DNA from: Gemmatimonadales bacterium
GTDB lineage: Bacteria > Gemmatimonadota > Gemmatimonadetes > Gemmatimonadales > GWC2-71-9
Reading direction: 5' to 3'
Length of the DNA stretch: 64,000 nucleotides
Assembly: GCA_965249575.1 (NCBI GenBank)
Contig: OZ252244.1
Span: 1,888,001 to 1,952,000 of the forward strand
In this document: positions 10,182 to 19,790 of the stretch, in pieces
Layout: each line of letters begins with the position of its first letter
Numbering within the stretch: the first letter of the stretch is position 1
Position numbers and translations under genes: made by a program
Notes under the pieces: model-generated
What the model was told of the DNA's origin: nothing
The model's input: the letters and a program-made list of their open reading frames with translations, nothing else
Databases searched by the model: none

Positions 10182-11687
10182 ATGAAATACCCGATCCTCA
10201 TCGCCTCATTCGCCCTTCTCGGGCTCGCCTGTGCGACGCCGGGACACGGGCATCAGGCCGGTCCCCAGAGTGTCGTTCGAATCGACACCATGGCTATTCG
10301 AGAGCACACGAATTTCCTGTCGGACGACGCCCTGCGGGGGAGGGGCACCGGGACGTCCGGTAGCCAGGTGGCGGCACACTACATCCGCTCGGCGTGTGTC
10401 GGGTTGGGACTCCGGCCGATCGGGGACAGCTATCTGCATCGGGTCCCTTTGGAACAGGTTCGAATCCGGCCTGATGAAACTCATATCACCCTCACTGACA
10501 ACTACGTCCGCTACTATCGCTACCCGATGGACTTCACGGTCGACCTCGGGTCAAAGGCAACCACCGTTGGTTTTTCGGGGCCTGCGGTCTACGTCGGCGA
10601 CGAAGCGTCGATTCTCGATCTGGAGGGCGGCGGAATGCTTCGCGGGGCTGTCGCAGTAACTCGCGGGGGCCTGTTACCCGGGGACGCGGTAGATCGCATC
10701 AAGGCGTACGGGGTGACCGGTATGGTTCACCTGGCCACGAACATGGAGCGCTACGTAATGCTGTTGCGGAGCCGCGGGTCCACTCGCATGGTCGTGAAGG
10801 ACAGCACTGTGGCGCTGTCGCTCGCGCCTTCGCTGCCGGCGGTCGTGGCGAGTCCCGGGCTTTCGCGCGCGCTTCTTTCCCGGATCGCGCTACTGGGCGG
10901 CGAGCCGATCACACCGCAGCGGCTGCAGGATAGGGTCCAGTTTAGCATATCGAGCGAGCGGGAGGCCATCGATGCGCACAACGTCATTTGTGTCGCTCCT
11001 GGTGATGGAACCTCCGATAGCGCGATCGCGTATACCGCACACTACGATCACCTCGGCATCAGTTACCCTGACGCAAGAGGGGATTCGATTTACAACGGTT
11101 TCTCGGATAACGCAGCGGGCGTTGCGATGCTGCTCGCGATCGCCAAGGCGATGCGCGAGCCGGCTGCACCGCGAATGCGCTCCTCGGTCCTGTACGTCTT
11201 CTTCACCGGGGAGGAGCGCGGACTCCTAGGATCCGACTACCTCGTCGCGAGGCCCCCATGGCCGCTGGAACGGATCAAGGGGGTGATCAATCTCGACGGC
11301 GGCGCACCGCCGGCCGCGCCGTCGAGCTGGCGCATCGCGGGTGGTGCCGAATCGCCGCTGGGCCAGTTGGCGGTCGAAGTGGCGCTGTGGAGTGGATGGA
11401 GCGCCACCGTGTCCAAGGCGACGCCGAATTCCGACTACTACCCGTTCATCCGACACGGTGTGCCGTCGATTTTCATCATTCCGGGGTCCGGCCCATACGA
11501 CGGCCTGAGCCGCGACAGCTCCCAGGCGCTTCGCAGGAAGTGGGATCGATACCACCAGCCGGGTGATGAGTGGTCGCCGGAGTTTCCGTTCGCCGGTCTG
11601 GGGCGATATGCCGAGTACGCTCATCGCGTGGGAACGGCGTTGGATCACGGGGTGGACCGCCCCCGTCGAGCTCGAGACCGTCCCTAG
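10182..11687 (+). CDS. M28 family metallopeptidase lipoprotein
   Basis: Lipobox LGLAC; AHYDH, DNAAG, GEERGLLGS, NLDG, YHQPGD. Confidence 0.9.
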   Translation: MKYPILIASFALLGLACATPGHGHQAGPQSVVRIDTMAIREHTNFLSDDALRGRGTGTSGSQVAAHYIRSACVGLGLRPIGDSYLHRVPLEQVRIRPDETHITLTDNYVRYYRYPMDFTVDLGSKATTVGFSGPAVYVGDEASILDLEGGGMLRGAVAVTRGGLLPGDAVDRIKAYGVTGMVHLATNMERYVMLLRSRGSTRMVVKDSTVALSLAPSLPAVVASPGLSRALLSRIALLGGEPITPQRLQDRVQFSISSEREAIDAHNVICVAPGDGTSDSAIAYTAHYDHLGISYPDARGDSIYNGFSDNAAGVAMLLAIAKAMREPAAPRMRSSVLYVFFTGEERGLLGSDYLVARPPWPLERIKGVINLDGGAPPAAPSSWRIAGGAESPLGQLAVEVALWSGWSATVSKATPNSDYYPFIRHGVPSIFIIPGSGPYDGLSRDSSQALRRKWDRYHQPGDEWSPEFPFAGLGRYAEYAHRVGTALDHGVDRPRRARDRP

Positions 11688-12423
11688 GGGCCGACTCGCG
11701 GGAGTTTGAGTGAGCCCGCCGGCAGCGCGTAGAGTAGCCTCCCAGTGCGGCGGTCACGCTGCGTAATGTCGCGCACGTCTGTGGTGGGGTACATTACGTC
11801 TCGCGGATCATCCGAGTGTCCGAGACCGAGGAGGTGTCCGATCTCATGGAGTGCGACGGTATAAATGGCCTCAGCGGGCATGAGCCGGCCTCGGGGGGTA
11901 TGCGTCGCCAGCGTGAGGGTGCCTGCTGCAGAATGCCGCGCCGGTCCCAGCGAACATCGGCCTGTCCCGCTCGCTCGATCGGAAACTTCTCGATCCATCG
12001 AACAACGACCTCGGCCCGGCTTGAATCACGCACGAAAACGAACGACACCGGAATGTCGGCGACTCGCTCCCATCTGGCGAACGCATTCCGAGCTTCCTGA
12101 CCCATCGCCACGGAGTATCCGGGGGCTCCCTCTTCGATCAGGTGGATTCTCAGGGGGTCTGAGATCCGGACCGACCACCGTTTGAGGACGGAGTCGGACT
12201 GGGCCAACATGGCGGGGATGTAAGTATCTGACCTCGTAATGCGGCGCAGCGCGTCGAGCCTGAGCTTGCGCAGGGAATCGACCAGGGCCGAGACCTGTAG
12301 TGCTTGATGGTCAGACTGATCGGGTAGTTGCTCGACGGCGGGCCCGCTCGAGGTATGCCTTCCGAGTTGGTAGGCAGTCACCGAGACCGCGATCAAGAAT
12401 GCTAGAGTGATGAGGCGACGCAC
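11684..12423 (-). CDS. Matrixin-family (M10) zinc metalloprotease, frameshifted near 11930
   Basis: ORF 11794..12459 gives TM + N-domain; ORF 11684..11998 gives HEIGHLLGLGHS and Met-turn VMYP. Confidence 0.75.
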
Positions 12424-12489
12424 ACCACAATATGTGTCACTACCGATGCCGACCGCCACTCACACGATGACGCGCACCGTCGACCCGAC

Positions 12490-14817
12490 ATGAGCGTGCT
12501 GTTCGCTCGCGCCGTCATACGCCTCAGGCTCCTCATCATCGTCTTTTGGGTGGTGGTCGCCGGCGTTGCAATCCCGCGCGCGGCGCGGGTGAATGACGTC
12601 CTCCGTGTCGAAGGACAGACACTGGTCGACACCGAGTCGGGGCAAGCCACCCGATTGATCCGAGAGGACTTCAAGCAGCCTGTCGCCCATTTCTTCGCCG
12701 TAGCCATTTCCGGGCCCGTTCCCGTCGACAGCCTCATCTACCAAGTATTGCTCGACACGCTCGGAGCCCGCGCCCTTGGTGAATCGTACATCGATCGCGT
12801 TGTATCGCATCGCAACACCGCCGATTCCTCACTTGTGAGCAAGGACCGTAAGACGACGTTCGTGATCGCTACAGTGGCTGTCGCGCACGCCGACACGGCC
12901 ACCGATTTGACCGAGCCGTTCCGGGCCAGCGTACACGGCCTCGTCGAAGAGCTGCCGTGGGCCTCGGAGTTCCGGGTACAAGTGACGGGCGGGCCGGCAC
13001 TCGACTACGACGTACGCACGCTCGGCAAGGTCGATTCGGAGCAAGGCGAGCGCCGAGCCCTCCCGCTCACCATGGCCGTACTGATTCTGGCCTTCGGGGC
13101 GATCATCGCGGCAATTCTACCCATCATCGTCGGGGTGTTCGCGATCTCGTGCGCGTTGGCGCTGGTCCACGTCGCAGCGACGTTCCAGCCGATGTCGGTT
13201 TTCGTGCTGAGCATCGTGTCCATGGTGGGCTTGGGGGTCGGGATCGACTATTCGCTTTTGGTCGTTACCCGCTTCCGAGAGGAATTGAACCGGGGGCTCG
13301 GGGCCAACGAAGCCGCGATGCGAACGATCGCAACGGCGGGGCAAGCGGTGACAACGAGTGGTTTGACGGTGATCGTGGGTTTTGCTGCGCTGCTGACAAT
13401 CCCTCTCACCGAGACCCGATCGGTGGCGATTGGCGGACTCCTGGTCGTCGGCTCGGCAGTGTTGCTCTCAATAACTCTGCTCCCGGCCATCCTATCGATC
13501 CTCGGGCGGGCCGTCGACTGGCCCCGTTGGCTTGCCCGCCGTCTCGCCTGGTATCACGCTCCCGCCGCGTGGGAGCGGTGGGCACGCTGGCTCGGACACC
13601 ACCCGTGGAGGGCCCTGTTGATCGGGGGAGTGGCCGTGGCAAGCGTGACGTGGCCCCTGATCGGTATCGAAATCGGCCTCCCGCGTTCCGGCTGGTTCCC
13701 TTCGGAGACCGAATCGGGACGGGGAGTCGAGATCCTCGAGAGCATGGGTTCCCGCGGGGCCTTGCAACCGGTGAGGGTGATCGTTCAGGCGCCGCCGGGC
13801 GAGAGAATCGTCTCGTCGAGGTACGTCCGGGGGCTACGCCGGCTTTCGGACTCAATCCGCGCCGATCCCCGCGTTGCCTCTGTCCGGAGCGTCGTCGATC
13901 TCCGAGAGAAAATGTCGGTTCTTCGATACACCCTGCTGTACAGTGACATGGAAAGAGCGCGGGAACGATCGCCCGAGTTCTACGACGCGTTCCTCACCCC
14001 GGACAACAACACGACGCTACTGGACGCGCTCCTGGCTGACAGCACTTCGTTCAGGGGTGCCATGGACGTCGTGCGACGCATACGCACACTTGCGGACAGT
14101 GGAATCACCGGCCTGAGCTCGACGAACATCCTCGTCGGTGGGTTCGCCGCCGCCAGCGTGGATCTTCAGGAAGATTTGCTCCAGCGTTTTCCACGACTGA
14201 TTGGGCTCGTGGTTATCACGACAGCGATCATGCTGTTCATCGCGTTCCGGTCGATCCTCGTACCGATCAAAGCCGTCGTAATGAACTGTTTGTCCGTGGC
14301 TGGGGCGTTCGGTTTGATCGTGCTCGTGTTCCAATGGGGCGTCGGCAGCCAGCTCTTCGGGCTGGAGGGGGCCACGGAAGCGGTCTACGTCGTCGTACCC
14401 GTGCTCGTGTTCGCCGTCGTTTTCGGACTGAGTATGGATTACGAGGTGTTTCTGCTGTCGCGCATCAAGGAAGCGTTCGATCGCTCGGGGAGGAACGACC
14501 AGGCGACCATGGAGGGCCTGAGCGCAACGGCGTCAGTCATCACCAGCGCCGCCGCGATCATGATCATCGTGTTCGGGACATTCAGTTTCGCCCGGGTGCT
14601 CGCCGTGCAGTTGATGGGATTCGGGCTAGCGGTAGCGGTGTTCCTCGACGCGACGCTGATTCGAATGGTGTTGGTCCCTTCGCTCATGCACATCGCCGGT
14701 CGGTGGAACTGGTGGCCCGGGGTGCGCGGCACGCGCGGAGAGCGAGGTGACAGGGTGAGTGGGGGGGCGGGCCAGCCCCGCGCCGCACGCCCTAGCGACG
14801 GCCGGCCTTCAGTGTGA
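12490..14817 (+). CDS. MMPL family (RND) transporter
   Basis: GLGVGIDYSLL..RFREE, GLSMDYEVFLLSRIKE, C-terminal GRWNWW. Confidence 0.93.
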   Translation: MSVLFARAVIRLRLLIIVFWVVVAGVAIPRAARVNDVLRVEGQTLVDTESGQATRLIREDFKQPVAHFFAVAISGPVPVDSLIYQVLLDTLGARALGESYIDRVVSHRNTADSSLVSKDRKTTFVIATVAVAHADTATDLTEPFRASVHGLVEELPWASEFRVQVTGGPALDYDVRTLGKVDSEQGERRALPLTMAVLILAFGAIIAAILPIIVGVFAISCALALVHVAATFQPMSVFVLSIVSMVGLGVGIDYSLLVVTRFREELNRGLGANEAAMRTIATAGQAVTTSGLTVIVGFAALLTIPLTETRSVAIGGLLVVGSAVLLSITLLPAILSILGRAVDWPRWLARRLAWYHAPAAWERWARWLGHHPWRALLIGGVAVASVTWPLIGIEIGLPRSGWFPSETESGRGVEILESMGSRGALQPVRVIVQAPPGERIVSSRYVRGLRRLSDSIRADPRVASVRSVVDLREKMSVLRYTLLYSDMERARERSPEFYDAFLTPDNNTTLLDALLADSTSFRGAMDVVRRIRTLADSGITGLSSTNILVGGFAAASVDLQEDLLQRFPRLIGLVVITTAIMLFIAFRSILVPIKAVVMNCLSVAGAFGLIVLVFQWGVGSQLFGLEGATEAVYVVVPVLVFAVVFGLSMDYEVFLLSRIKEAFDRSGRNDQATMEGLSATASVITSAAAIMIIVFGTFSFARVLAVQLMGFGLAVAVFLDATLIRMVLVPSLMHIAGRWNWWPGVRGTRGERGDRVSGGAGQPRAARPSDGRPSV

Positions 14818-15106
14818 CGGCGGTTGCCAAGAACCGAGCGCGCAGGTCCCAGTGCCACGCGGGCACACGCTGGCCCGTCGGCGGATACTTCAGGGGTTTG
14901 AATTGCAGCCACTCCGATCGCAGGGCGAGAATGCGGCCCGCCTCTAGCAGGGCAACGCGGTTGGCCGAAACGAGGTGCGCCATTGGCTCGCCCCGCAGCA
15001 CGAAGTGATGTAGCCACAGTCCCCCATCGAGCGCGAACGTCATACCCTCGCGCCTGTTGGTGAACTCTAACCACTGAACCTCAGCTACAGCCGATCGTTC
15101 CTTCAC
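14792..15106 (-). CDS. Small hypothetical protein, DUF4031-like
   Basis: AHLVS...WLQ...HWDL pattern recalls DUF4031; start uncertain. Confidence 0.5.
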   Translation of the reverse strand: MKERSAVAEVQWLEFTNRREGMTFALDGGLWLHHFVLRGEPMAHLVSANRVALLEAGRILALRSEWLQFKPLKYPPTGQRVPAWHWDLRARFLATAVTLKAGRR

Positions 15107-15467
15107 GAACGGCCGACCCTATCGGCGCGGCGCCGCCCACGAAGAGTGAGCACCGCACCAGGGTCCCCGAAAGAGACACGGTTGCTGACCATCCGGCATT
15201 CGTGGCTTCGTTGACCAGCACCTCGACGTCTCCGATCGGCTGCAGCCCACGCGCGCGCAAGGCGGCCTCGTCGGCCGTGTATACAGCGTAGTCGTAGAAA
15301 TACGACTCCTCCGCTACCGCGAAATTGCGCAGGCTCGTCCGCAGATCCGCTATCTGCGAACGCTCGCGGGCTGCGGTGATGCGCGGGATGGCGATGGCCG
15401 TGATCAAACCGACATTGACGACCACGAGTACTAGCTCCAAAAGCGTAAAGCCCCGCGCTCGTATCAT
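15081..15467 (-). CDS. Type IV pilin-like protein
   Basis: Class III signal RG|FTLLEL plus hydrophobic helix; C-terminal Cys pair. Confidence 0.85.
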   Translation of the reverse strand: MIRARGFTLLELVLVVVNVGLITAIAIPRITAARERSQIADLRTSLRNFAVAEESYFYDYAVYTADEAALRARGLQPIGDVEVLVNEATNAGWSATVSLSGTLVRCSLFVGGAAPIGSAVREGTIGCS

Positions 15468-15532
15468 GGCTGTTTCCGTGACGAGAGGGCTCTAATTCAA
15501 TAATGATCGAACCGACCATCCACCGACAAGTC

Positions 15533-18277
15533 CTATTTCTTGGCATCCAGCCAGTTCCACCCGACCCCTATATCGACCACCAACGGCACGCGGAGCACGG
15601 CGGCTCCTTCCATCTCGCGCCGTACGATCGGTTGCGCTTCCTCTATTTCCGGCTCTGGGGCCTCGAGAACCAGTTCGTCATGCACCTGTAGTAGAATGGC
15701 GGTCTCGAGGCCAGCATCGCTCAACGCCGCGGCCAGGTTGATCATAGCGACCTTGATGAGGTCCGCCGCCGATCCCTGGAGCGGCGAATTCATCGCGGTT
15801 CGTTCACCAAACGAGCGCACATTGAAATTCCGGTCCTTCAGCTCGGGAATGTAGCGCCGCCGACTGCGAATCGTTTCGGCGTATCCTCGCTCCCGAGCCA
15901 ACTCGATCGAACGGTCGAGGAAACGGCGTACCTCTGGTAGCCGCTCGAAATAACGCGTGATGAAATCCTTGGCCTCTTCTTGCGTGATTCCCAACTGCCG
16001 ACTCAGCGCGAACGGCCCCTGCCCGTAAATCGTCGCGAAGTTGATCGTCTTCGCGCGGGCCCGCATCTCGGACGTCACCTCGCCGAGGGAAACGTCGAAG
16101 ATGATCGCCGCGGTCTCCCGGTGAATGTCTCCCCCCCGCTCGAACGCGCCGATGAACGCGGGATCTTCCGATAGGTGGGCAAGGAGTCGCAGCTCGATCT
16201 GCGAGTAGTCGGCCACGATAAACCGGCAGCCGGGTCCGGGCACGAAGCACTGCCGGATCAGCTCGCCCCGAGGCGTGCGGATGGGGATGTTCTGCAAGTT
16301 GGGGTCCGAAGATGACAGCCGTCCCGTCGCGGCTCCCGCTTGATTGAAGCTCGTGTGGATTCGACCGGTCTCCGGGTTGATGCTCTCCGGCAGCACATCC
16401 ACGTAGGTCGAGCGCAGCTTCGTCAGTTCCCGATACTCCAGCAGCAATTTAGGCACGTCGTAGCCCGTCGCCGCCAGCTCGGCCAGCACGTCCGCATCGG
16501 TGGAGGGTCCCGTCTTGGTCTTCTTGAGAACCGGCAGCTGGAGCTTCTCGAACAGGACGTGTCGCAATTGATGTGTGCTACTGATGTTGAACTCCGTGCC
16601 GGCCGCCTGGTGAATTGCGCGCTCTAAAGCCTCCAGCTCCTCGCCAAATCGCTGCGACAGCGCGCGAAGCCCGTCGACGTCGATCGCGATCCCACGCCAT
16701 TCCATATCGACTAATACGACCGTGAGGGGAAGCTCGACCTCCTCGTAGAGGCGCGTCAAGCTGTGGGCTGCCAGCTGCGTGGCCAGCGTGTCTCGCAGCC
16801 TCAGCATCGTCTCGCAGGACCCACAGCTGAACACTCCTGCCTCCTCAACCGGCAGCTCGGTGAACGGTCGCGCGCCCTTGCCCTGTCCCAGCAACTCGGC
16901 ACGGGATCGTATCTCGCTCGACAAGTAATCGAGCGCCAAGGCGTCGAGCGCGTGCGTCCGCCTGCCGGGGTCGACCAGGAAGCTCGCGAGCATGACGTCG
17001 AATTCGACTCCCGCTAACTCGATCCCTGCTCTCCGTAACGCCAACCAGTCCCGCTTCACGTCGTGGCCTGTTTTCCGAACCGCGGCGTCCGCGAGTAGGT
17101 CCGCAACGGGTTTCATGGCATCGCCCGTCAATGGCGGCAGGTTTGATACCTCTTCGCCACCACCGAGCTCTCCATCGGCACGACCGTGTGCGAGTGGTAA
17201 GTACCAGCTACCGTCACTGGTAGCCAACGAGATGCCCACCACTTCCCCTCTCAAGGGATCTGGCTCGCTCGCTTCCACCAGCATCGCGACACCCCCCGCA
17301 CCGCGGACCTCACGGATCATCGCCTCGAGGCCGCTGGGTGAATCGATGACCGTAAAGGCTACGTCTTTGGCGATGGATTGTGACGCGAGCTTAGGCAAGA
17401 GGGAGTGGAATTCGAGCTCGGCAAACAGCTTTCGCAGCGCCGACGTATCGGGGGCGCCGACCTCGAATGTCTTCAAGTCCAGATCGACTGGGACGTCACG
17501 CCGAATGGTCACCAGGTCGCGACTCAATCGGGCGTCTTCGGCGCTCTTCGCCAACGCCTCGCGTGCCCGTTTTCCCTTGACCTCGGACGCATGCGAGAGG
17601 ATCGCATCCAAGTCACCGTACTCGCCGATCAGCGCGCGCGCCGTTTTGTCGCCCACTCCGCGCACACCGGGCACGTTGTCGGACGAATCACCGACGAGGG
17701 CCAAGTAATCCACCACCCGTTCGGGCGGCACCCCGAGACGATCCGCCGCGTTACTCGGGTCGACCCAGTGCTCTTCGACACTCGCCGGACCGCCCCGCCC
17801 GGGATTGAGCAGCCGGATCTTCTCCGAGATTAGTTGGTAGAAGTCTTTGTCGCCAGAGACGATGACAGTGTGCAACCCGCGCTCGCTGGCCCGCACCGCC
17901 AAGGTCCCGATCACGTCGTCAGCTTCATACCCGTCCACCGCAACGAGCGGGACACGAAACGCCTCGAGGATCTCCTCGATCCGTAACACGGACCGATCGA
18001 AGTCTTGTTGCAGCTCGTCGTCCAGCTTTTCGCGAGTAGCCTTGTACTCCTCGTATGTCTCGTTGCGAAACGACGTCCCAGCGTCGTGCACCCAGACGAT
18101 GTGCGTAGGATGGTGTTTCTCGAACAGGCGCAGCAAGAAGTTGGCGACGCCCCAACTCGCGGACGTGTTCTCGCCCCGACTGGTAGTGAGCGGCCGTCCG
18201 ATCATGGCGAAAAACGCGCGATAGATGAGCGCGTAGCCGTCTATGAGAAAGAGTACGGGGTCCCGCTGGGGAGGCAT
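15533..18277 (-). CDS. polA: DNA polymerase I
   Basis: 5'-3' exo LIDG..IYRAFFA; TGRLSSSDPNLQNIP, DYSQIELR, AKTINF, QVHDEL. Confidence 0.98.
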   Translation of the reverse strand: MPPQRDPVLFLIDGYALIYRAFFAMIGRPLTTSRGENTSASWGVANFLLRLFEKHHPTHIVWVHDAGTSFRNETYEEYKATREKLDDELQQDFDRSVLRIEEILEAFRVPLVAVDGYEADDVIGTLAVRASERGLHTVIVSGDKDFYQLISEKIRLLNPGRGGPASVEEHWVDPSNAADRLGVPPERVVDYLALVGDSSDNVPGVRGVGDKTARALIGEYGDLDAILSHASEVKGKRAREALAKSAEDARLSRDLVTIRRDVPVDLDLKTFEVGAPDTSALRKLFAELEFHSLLPKLASQSIAKDVAFTVIDSPSGLEAMIREVRGAGGVAMLVEASEPDPLRGEVVGISLATSDGSWYLPLAHGRADGELGGGEEVSNLPPLTGDAMKPVADLLADAAVRKTGHDVKRDWLALRRAGIELAGVEFDVMLASFLVDPGRRTHALDALALDYLSSEIRSRAELLGQGKGARPFTELPVEEAGVFSCGSCETMLRLRDTLATQLAAHSLTRLYEEVELPLTVVLVDMEWRGIAIDVDGLRALSQRFGEELEALERAIHQAAGTEFNISSTHQLRHVLFEKLQLPVLKKTKTGPSTDADVLAELAATGYDVPKLLLEYRELTKLRSTYVDVLPESINPETGRIHTSFNQAGAATGRLSSSDPNLQNIPIRTPRGELIRQCFVPGPGCRFIVADYSQIELRLLAHLSEDPAFIGAFERGGDIHRETAAIIFDVSLGEVTSEMRARAKTINFATIYGQGPFALSRQLGITQEEAKDFITRYFERLPEVRRFLDRSIELARERGYAETIRSRRRYIPELKDRNFNVRSFGERTAMNSPLQGSAADLIKVAMINLAAALSDAGLETAILLQVHDELVLEAPEPEIEEAQPIVRREMEGAAVLRVPLVVDIGVGWNWLDAKK

Positions 18278-18292
18278 GCCCCAAGATACCCC

Positions 18293-18838
18293 TCAGCCGA
18301 GAATCAGCACGCTCGCGGCCACGCCCGGAGCGAGCAGGAGGTTGTCGTCGAATGGTCCAGGCCACCGCTCCAGCGCCGCCGCGACGACCGCGCCCAAAGT
18401 GGCGCCGTGCCAGCCGATTTCGAGTGTGAAGAGCGCCGCCATCGCGACCACCAGGGCGGCCAGGGTGCCCGACCAGCTCTTGCGCGCGCCTCGCCCAAAT
18501 CTGGAGCCAACCAGCGAAGCCGCTGGGTCCGCGAGCGCCGCGACGAGGATGCCAGCCACCGCGGCGCGCTCGGGAAGCCAGCTGGCGGCGGCGAAACCTG
18601 CCCACAACCATGCGGCGCCACTGATCCTTCCGGCCTCCTCAGGACGGAATACTGGCACTTGCGCCTGTATCCACCGATTCCACGCCGGCACGCGCAGCCG
18701 AATCAACTCGAGCGCGATCACGACGGGAGTGCCCAGGACGAGCACATGTCGGAGAGCCGCCCAGAACCCGCATTGCGCCATGATCGCGGCCCCCGCCGTG
18801 CTCGCATGCAGCGCTCGGCGGACGCCGTTGGCGCTCAC
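18293..18838 (-). CDS. Dolichol/phytol kinase-like (CTP-transferase family) membrane protein
   Basis: RRALH, DPAASLVG..FG, KSWSG, DDNL motifs; GTG start at 18838. Confidence 0.75.
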   Translation of the reverse strand: MSANGVRRALHASTAGAAIMAQCGFWAALRHVLVLGTPVVIALELIRLRVPAWNRWIQAQVPVFRPEEAGRISGAAWLWAGFAAASWLPERAAVAGILVAALADPAASLVGSRFGRGARKSWSGTLAALVVAMAALFTLEIGWHGATLGAVVAAALERWPGPFDDNLLLAPGVAASVLILG

Positions 18839-18900
18839 CGGTCGGTTAGGCTCGGGTAGAGTGCGCGGTATAGACCCCGGTTGCGTAGGACGGCTCGGAC
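18782..18900. repeat. Direct repeat copy A (119 bp) of the slt / kinase gene junction
   Basis: Matches 19672-19790 with 8 mismatches by manual alignment. Confidence 0.95.
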
Positions 18901-18952
18901 CTGACCGGCGCAATCGACGCGATCCTGATCGCGCCGACCCTGTCGGCAATGA

Positions 18953-19569
18953 TCACGTGACATCAGGCGAGGTACCGGGATGCACTTGCTTGATCATGGT
19001 GGTCGACGCCCCGAAACCCATCCATCGCCGCATCCACGGAGTTTGCGTCGTCTCCATCGCTTCAAAAACCGACCCGCTCATAGAGCCGGCGGGCGCCGGG
19101 GTTGGTGTCGACAACATCGAGCCGCACCTGAACCATGCCCTCCCTTGCCGCTCGCTCGATTACGGCGTCCAGTAGTTGGGAACCGATTTCCCTGGCCTCG
19201 CGCCGTAGGCGACACAACGATGCCGTCCATCACGAGTTCATTGGGCCCATTTTTGCGGTCGAGCATCGCCAATAACATCAACTTCAGCGCGCCGCGCAAC
19301 ACGCCATACCTTTTTCGCATTGCCGTCCACGTGATGCCCACGAACGCGCGCCCGGAGTACTGCACGCCAGCAAGACCCAACAACCGGGTTCCTCGCGAGC
19401 GATCACGACCCGATCGAGACGGAACGTCGGCCAGGAGTGCCGGTCCGTCTTTGTTACCCAGAATCGGACCCAGCTTCCGTTGAAACGCTTCCCAGTAGAG
19501 CGTCGCTGCCGCCGCACGCCAGTCCTCCATTAGGCCGTGCTCAATGACGAATTGGCTGTCGGATGTCAC
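18953..19569 (-). pseudogene. GNAT family N-acetyltransferase, frameshifted
   Basis: LYWEAF..KL, DGIVVSPTARGQG/IGSQLL, VRLDVVDTNPGARRLYERVGF; clear shift near 19190 and probably two compensating shifts at 19385-19425. Confidence 0.75.
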
Positions 19570-19671
19570 TGGGGGTTTACAGAACTGGCTTTAACACTGC
19601 GCGACATAGGCAATGTCGCCGACGGGGTACAGCTGACATGTTCCCAACAACTCCCGCAGCCGCTGTTCCGC

Positions 19672-19790
19672 GATTGCGGCCCCCGCCGTGCTGGCATGCA
19701 GCAATCGGCGGAGGCCGTTGGCGCTCACCAGTCGGTTAGGCTCGGGTAGAGTGCGCGGTATAGACCCCGGTTGCGCAGGACGGCCCGGAC
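19672..19790. repeat. Direct repeat copy B (119 bp)
   Basis: Matches 18782-18900; includes the true slt 3' end. Confidence 0.95.

Noticed and set aside
18782..19790. 119-bp repeat pair as DGR template/variable repeats or an integron cassette
   Set aside because: Mismatches are not adenine-specific, there is no reverse transcriptase or integrase, and no convincing attC was found.
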